Of a stretch of DNA of 64,000 bases, positions 59,138-64,000 are shown one piece after another (the first letter of the stretch is position 1; each line of letters opens with the position of its first letter). The notes below the pieces were generated by a model. It did not search any database and had not been told where the DNA came from. It worked only from the letters and a program-made list of their open reading frames with translations. Origin of the DNA: an uncultured Chloroflexia bacterium. Its GTDB lineage: Bacteria > Chloroflexota > Anaerolineae > Anaerolineales > UBA4823. The DNA is taken from positions 543,616 to 607,615 of the forward strand of contig CAVVAJ010000007.1 in the NCBI GenBank assembly GCA_963746255.1, in the 5' to 3' direction. The position numbers were made by a program, and so were the translations under genes.

Positions 59138-60313
59138 CTAGATGCTCCCGTAGAATTTTGTGATCCGCTGCATCGCTTCAAATAAGCGTTCTTCTTGGAT
59201 AGTTAAAGATAACCGCACGTATCCTTCTCCACCAGATCCAAATACGGTACCTGGGGTGAGGCTAACTTGATATTGTTCCAACAATGATCCCACAAAGGAT
59301 TCTGCGGACATTTTGCTAGGGACTGGAAACCAAATATAGATGGCACCTTTGGTCTTGTGTATTTTAACCCCGATTGAATTGAAGGCATCAACCACCAAGT
59401 CGCGCCGCTTCTGGTAGACTGCATTTCGTCCACGGATCCAGTCAAAATCGGTCTTGAGCGCCTGAACTGCGGCATCTAATATCGGGCGGAAATGCCCGCT
59501 ATCGGTGTTGGTTTTGAAGGTATACAGTGCACGCAATGCTTTTTGTTGGCCCACTGCAACGCCAGATCGCCAACCAGCCATATTATATGACTTCGAAAGA
59601 GAGTTGAACTCAATTGCTTGGTTAATAGATCCGTGCACCTGCAGCACGCTGGGAGCTTTATAACCATCGTAGGTTACTTGCGAATAAGCGGCATCATGGC
59701 ACAGTAAGAGATCATGCTCTCTTGCGAAAGCTACGGCTTGTTCCAAATTCGTAAGCGTAGCTGTAGCCCCGGTGGGGTTGTTGGGGTAATTCAACCACAT
59801 CATCTTTGCCTGTCGGGCTACTTCAGCAGGGATCGCTGCGAAGTCTGGGAGATAATCGTTCTCTGGTCTTAATCGTAGGGCATAAGGTTTGGCATTTGCG
59901 AACTTTGCTCCTTGCCCGTATGTCAAGTATCCGGGATCAGGGATGATGACTGTGTCACCCGGTTCGAGGACAGCTTGCAGAATGTGGAAGATGCCCTCTT
60001 TTGATCCAATCAATGGTAAGACTTCATGATCGGGATCCAGCTCAACGTTGTAATTCTGGCGGTAGAAATCCGCCCATGCAGTCCGTAGTTTTCCCGTCGC
60101 GTTGTGTGCCTGGTAGCCGTGATGGCTCGAGACAGCTGCTGAGCGAGCTAAGGTGTCGATAACGGCTTCGGGTGGCGGCATATCCGGAGAACCGACATCC
60201 AGGCGGATGATGTCTTGCCCGGTGAGCTGTAAAGTCGCAATCGTTTCGTCAAGGCTCGCAAAAAATTGGCTGTTGATGCGAGCTTCTGACTGATGGTCTG
60301 AGTGATCGTTCAT
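59138..60313 (-). CDS. PLP-dependent class I/II aminotransferase (LL-DAP-AT/MtnE-like)
   Basis: GSPDMPPP, GSKEGI, NYPNNPTG, HDAAY, SLSKSYNMAGWR, GEGYVRLSL. Confidence 0.88.
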   Translation of the reverse strand: MNDHSDHQSEARINSQFFASLDETIATLQLTGQDIIRLDVGSPDMPPPEAVIDTLARSAAVSSHHGYQAHNATGKLRTAWADFYRQNYNVELDPDHEVLPLIGSKEGIFHILQAVLEPGDTVIIPDPGYLTYGQGAKFANAKPYALRLRPENDYLPDFAAIPAEVARQAKMMWLNYPNNPTGATATLTNLEQAVAFAREHDLLLCHDAAYSQVTYDGYKAPSVLQVHGSINQAIEFNSLSKSYNMAGWRSGVAVGQQKALRALYTFKTNTDSGHFRPILDAAVQALKTDFDWIRGRNAVYQKRRDLVVDAFNSIGVKIHKTKGAIYIWFPVPSKMSAESFVGSLLEQYQVSLTPGTVFGSGGEGYVRLSLTIQEERLFEAMQRITKFYGSI

Positions 60314-60350
60314 GATTGTGATTTTCTAAGGTATAGTATTTTTATATAAC

Positions 60351-61259
60351 TTAGCGATGCAGTTGTTCCACCGCCGCTCTGCGCATGGCGTCTCTTGGGG
60401 CGTCTAACCCTGTCCAGCATACAAAGGCTAAAGCTGCTTGCTCGATAAGCATGTCCAGCCCATTAATGCATTCCAGGCCGGCAGCCTTTGCTGCACGGAG
60501 CAACGCAGTCTCAGGGGGATTGTATACCAGGTCGTAAATTATCGCCTCTGGCGGCAGGTCAAAACCGTCAGGCCATGGATTTGCATCCTCATGTGGGGTC
60601 ATACCGATTGGGGTTGCATTTACCACCAAGTCAACCTTTGTCCAATCCATGACGCGCTTGATGTTATCTAGTGCCACGGCCCGGATTGTAAGACGATCGT
60701 CCGAGTACTGTCCGGAATACAATTCTGATTCATCAACTAGCTGGAGCTTTACAAGACTATTGGCCAGTTCCTGTGCCTGCTGCAGCCTGCGAGCAGCGAT
60801 AGTCAATTTCCAGTCTTGTTGTCTTAAGGCGTAAGACACAGCGCGCGCTGCTCCTCCAGCTCCTATTACCAAGGCAGTTTTATCTTCGTTCAGACAAGAG
60901 GTATACTTTTCTAGCGGCTTGAGAAACCCTGGCGCATCTGTGTTATCACCGACCAGACGATTTCCAATCTGGTAAATGGTATTCACTGCGCCGATACTTT
61001 TAGCGGCGAATGTGAGTTTGTCGAGATAGCTTAATATAACTTGTTTATGAGGGATTGTGACGTTCACCCCAGTGATGACCCCAGCCCTGAGACTATCAAT
61101 AAGGGCAGTCATGCGCGGCTCATTATTTGGCGGCTCAGGCACATCGAATAATCGGTATTCACCAGCGATGCCATAAGCGGTCAAGGCGGCATTATGGATG
61201 ACCGGTGATAAGCTATGTTTGACGGGATGTCCGATCAATCCTAGGGCGTAGTAGGTCAT
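60351..61259 (-). CDS. aroE: Shikimate dehydrogenase
   Basis: GHPVKHSLSP, NVTIPHK, GAVNT, NTDAPGF, GAGGAARA, DLVYNP, GLDMLIEQA. Confidence 0.95.
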   Translation of the reverse strand: MTYYALGLIGHPVKHSLSPVIHNAALTAYGIAGEYRLFDVPEPPNNEPRMTALIDSLRAGVITGVNVTIPHKQVILSYLDKLTFAAKSIGAVNTIYQIGNRLVGDNTDAPGFLKPLEKYTSCLNEDKTALVIGAGGAARAVSYALRQQDWKLTIAARRLQQAQELANSLVKLQLVDESELYSGQYSDDRLTIRAVALDNIKRVMDWTKVDLVVNATPIGMTPHEDANPWPDGFDLPPEAIIYDLVYNPPETALLRAAKAAGLECINGLDMLIEQAALAFVCWTGLDAPRDAMRRAAVEQLHR

Positions 61260-62626
61260 TTATCATCCTCGCCAGCTAGGTTCGCACCAGTGGATCGCAA
61301 AACTTCAGTGAAAGTGGGAAATGATTCGGATATCATTTCTGCTCCGGAGACGATTACTGGTCCGGAGGTCTGCAGCCCTGCCACAGCCAATGCCATTGCT
61401 AAGCGATGGTCACCATGGGCTGAAACGCGGCCTCCCTTCGGGTTGCTGTCCCCGGGAATTATGAAACCATCCGGCTTTTCAACCACTGGAACCCCCAGCG
61501 TCTGGAGCTCTTTGCACATCGCCGCGATGCGGTCTGATTCCTTTACCCGCAGTTCTTCAGCTCCAGATACAACCGTTGTACCACGGGCGTAGACGGCCGC
61601 GATGCTGAACGCTGGGAATTCGTCGATCATCCGCACAACCAGCTCACCATCAACATCAATCCCCGTTAGTTTTGAATATCGCACCCGCACTGTTCCATAT
61701 GGCTCCCCCATTTGCTCACCGTGCTTTTGGATGGCGATATCTGCACCCATTCTGCTGAGTGCGTCCAACAACCCAGTACGCGTCGGGTTAAGGCCGATAT
61801 CTTCAATAACAACATCAGACCCAGGTGTGATCAGCGCCGCCACAATGATAAAGGCTGCCGATGAGACATCACCCGGTATATTGAGGGTAAATGCTGGGAT
61901 GTGCGGCGGATGCTGCGGTGTGAGGATGGTGATAAATTGTCGCTCTTTGCTTTGGCTACCCGCTGTGTTGCCGTCGGCAGCAGGGGCTCGATGGGGGTCA
62001 GTAATCAGGGGAACGCCCAAGCTTCGTAGTAGCCGCTCGGTGTGGTCTCTTGAGGGTCCCGGTTCGCGCAGCGTTGTTTGACCCTCTGCGTTCAATGCCG
62101 CGAGCAGCAGACAGGTTTTTACCTGCGCGCTGGCAACTGGCAAGCGGTAGTCAGTCCCTTGGATCACTGTTCCTGCTGGTTCGAGACGCAGCGGTGCATG
62201 TCCATCATCTCCAATAATATTCACGCCCATCTTTCGCAACGGTTCGATGATGCGGTTCATCGGGCGGCGGCGCAATCCCGGTGAACCGTCGAGTGTTGCC
62301 CGGACACCCACAGCTGCCAAAGCCCCGGCCAACAGCCGCAGCGTTGTCCCGGAGTTGCCGCAGTCGATGACATTTGCTGGAGTATCCCAGTCCACAAAAC
62401 CTCTACCATGCACAACCAGCATATTGTTGTTTAAATACCATGTGATGCCTAAAGAAGTAAGCGCATCTAACAGCGGTTTAGTTACCCCGGCTACCAAGAA
62501 ATTGTTGATCCGGCTTTCCCCTTGAGCAAGAGCTGCAAAGAGCGCTGCCCGGTGGGAAATGGATTTATCACCCGGTAATCGTATTTGGCCGTGTAGATTT
62601 TCGCTCTTCTCAGTGACTAGGTTCAT
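61256..62626 (-). CDS. aroA: 3-phosphoshikimate 1-carboxyvinyltransferase (EPSP synthase, class II)
   Basis: PGDKSISHRA, CGNSGTT, RRPM, SAQVK, SRDHTE, IDEFP, ELRVKESDR, GDHRLAM. Confidence 0.96.
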   Translation of the reverse strand: MNLVTEKSENLHGQIRLPGDKSISHRAALFAALAQGESRINNFLVAGVTKPLLDALTSLGITWYLNNNMLVVHGRGFVDWDTPANVIDCGNSGTTLRLLAGALAAVGVRATLDGSPGLRRRPMNRIIEPLRKMGVNIIGDDGHAPLRLEPAGTVIQGTDYRLPVASAQVKTCLLLAALNAEGQTTLREPGPSRDHTERLLRSLGVPLITDPHRAPAADGNTAGSQSKERQFITILTPQHPPHIPAFTLNIPGDVSSAAFIIVAALITPGSDVVIEDIGLNPTRTGLLDALSRMGADIAIQKHGEQMGEPYGTVRVRYSKLTGIDVDGELVVRMIDEFPAFSIAAVYARGTTVVSGAEELRVKESDRIAAMCKELQTLGVPVVEKPDGFIIPGDSNPKGGRVSAHGDHRLAMALAVAGLQTSGPVIVSGAEMISESFPTFTEVLRSTGANLAGEDDK

Positions 62627-63486
62627 AGTTTCTTCTTGTTTTCCAAGAGTGCGGCGCGCTTATCAGCAGCTGCGGCTAGGTTTTCTATCAGCTGCCCTGA
62701 TTCATCCTCCAGCGAGTTGGCGAGTATATTCAATGTATCCTGAAACTGTTGTAGTGTGTCAAGGATGTTAGCTTTATTCGTGGTCAAGATATCTGCCATG
62801 ACTTTGGCGGAGCTAGCCGCAAGCCGTGTGGTGCTCTCAAATCCTGGTCCGATCAAAGATGCCGCAGCCTCCGGTGTCGCCTGTACTAGTGCTGTTGATA
62901 TCAGATATGGCAGGTGGCTTATTGCTGCTGTCCATGCGTCATGGGTTGTTGCATCAATCCAAATTGGTTGGGCTTCTATATGGTGGATGATGGCTTCAGC
63001 AACCTGTTTTGCGGTTTGGGTCGTGTTCGCACACGCAACCAACGCAAATGGTGCGTTGCGAAAGATGTCTGCTGAGGCATGTTCAAGTCCAGCGGTTTCA
63101 CGGCCGCACATCGGGTGCCCGCCAACTGGAGTCAAATGTTCTGGCAGCCTCTCCATTGCTTCACAGATGCTTACTTTTGTAGACCCCAAATCGAGGATGA
63201 TAGCGGGATCGCTTTTATATTTTGCGAGTTGTCCAATTATCTGGATGATTGACTTGACTGGTACGGCCAGGATGATCACATCAGCTTGCGGCAGGATTTC
63301 GTCCATCCGGTCAGATATTTGATCAACGATGTGGTTGCACCGTGCCAGGTCTATTGTGGCTGGGTCATTATCGATTGCAAGCAGTTTTTCGCACCGCCCT
63401 TTAAGCGCTATGGCCAGCGAGCCGCCCATTAACCCCAAGCCGACAATAGCGATACGTGCCTGGATAAGTGCTTCGTCAGTGATCAT
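62623..63486 (-). CDS. tyrA: Prephenate/arogenate dehydrogenase
   Basis: GLGLMGGS, DLGSTK, GGHPMCG, HD..TAAISHLPY, GPGFESTTRLA. Confidence 0.92.
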   Translation of the reverse strand: MITDEALIQARIAIVGLGLMGGSLAIALKGRCEKLLAIDNDPATIDLARCNHIVDQISDRMDEILPQADVIILAVPVKSIIQIIGQLAKYKSDPAIILDLGSTKVSICEAMERLPEHLTPVGGHPMCGRETAGLEHASADIFRNAPFALVACANTTQTAKQVAEAIIHHIEAQPIWIDATTHDAWTAAISHLPYLISTALVQATPEAAASLIGPGFESTTRLAASSAKVMADILTTNKANILDTLQQFQDTLNILANSLEDESGQLIENLAAAADKRAALLENKKKL

Positions 63487-63511
63487 GCCGTCGCCTCATT
63501 ACTTAACCGCT

Positions 63512-64000
63512 TCATAGCCTGCTTGGACAAGTTCTTTTTGGTGCGACGGTTCTCCCCACTGCTTCTGCGATCGCGCGCACCTGCTCTACGAGCACAGCAA
63601 ACCGCTCTGGTTTCAATGATTGTCCGCCATCCGAGAAAGCTTGCTCTGGATTGGGGTGTACTTCTATGATCAATCCGTCAGCACCGGCAGCGATCCCGGC
63701 TCGGGCAATTGCGGTGACATATTCCCAATTTCCAGTGCTGTGACTGGGATCAAGTATCACCGGCAGATGGGTGAGGGCTTTGAGCACTGGGATGGCGTTG
63801 ATATCGGTGGTATTGCGGGTGGCGGTTTCATATGTTCTTATGCCTCTCTCACACAAAATCACTCGTTCATTTCCATGGGAGAGGATATATTCAGCAGCCA
63901 TTAAGAGCTCATCAACCGTGGCTGACATTCCCCGCTTGACCAAGACTGGTTGTTGGCTGGCACCAGCAGCATGTAGCAAGGCGAAATTCTGCATACTGCG
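63512..64000 (-). CDS. aroF: DAHP synthase (type I-beta), C-terminal part; gene starts beyond the window
   Basis: [52 protein letters not shown]. Confidence 0.93.
   Translation of the reverse strand, partial: RSMQNFALLHAAGASQQPVLVKRGMSATVDELLMAAEYILSHGNERVILCERGIRTYETATRNTTDINAIPVLKALTHLPVILDPSHSTGNWEYVTAIARAGIAAGADGLIIEVHPNPEQAFSDGGQSLKPERFAVLVEQVRAIAEAVGRTVAPKRTCPSRL

Noticed and set aside
1-64000. Numerous 60-200 aa ORFs overlapping or antisense to the called genes (e.g. 5230-5778, 19663-20202, 42187-42798, 51820-52437, 56688-57233, 62756-63322)
   Set aside because: They are shadows of well-supported genes, with no RBS or family motifs and atypical composition.
1-64000. CRISPR array, tRNA/rRNA, transposase or integrase
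   Set aside because: No regularly spaced repeat-spacer pattern, cloverleaf/T-loop signature or DDE/tyrosine/serine recombinase motif was seen by eye; a tool scan could still find weak cases.

Overview
A 64 kb, gene-dense bacterial chromosomal segment. It most likely comes from an Anaerolineae/Chloroflexota genome; this is inferred from gene content, not proven. From left to right it holds: a rifampin-phosphotransferase-like PEP-utilising enzyme; a peptide ABC importer behind an S9 peptidase / creatininase-like / M20 / MttB-methyltransferase operon with a divergent DmpA peptidase; an ADP-forming acyl-CoA ligase; an arylsulfatase; three MalT-like STAND-LuxR activators (one decayed); a catalytically degenerate phosphofructokinase ahead of a MacAB-like exporter; a fructokinase; a pentaheme cytochrome c lipoprotein with an Fe-S partner; a DosS-like kinase; an archaeal-type mevalonate cluster whose thiolase has lost its catalytic residues; a decayed 4 kb insert; and a shikimate/tyrosine operon. 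No rRNA, tRNA, CRISPR array or intact transposase/integrase was recognised. The best candidate for an undescribed system is a repeated module. Each MalT-like gene is followed by a 35-bp three-half-site operator overlapping a -35 element, whose sequence co-varies with the regulator's recognition helix. This promoter drives small 'DQAAL' proteins and membrane-protein cargo. All calls are by eye from motifs; no database searches were run.
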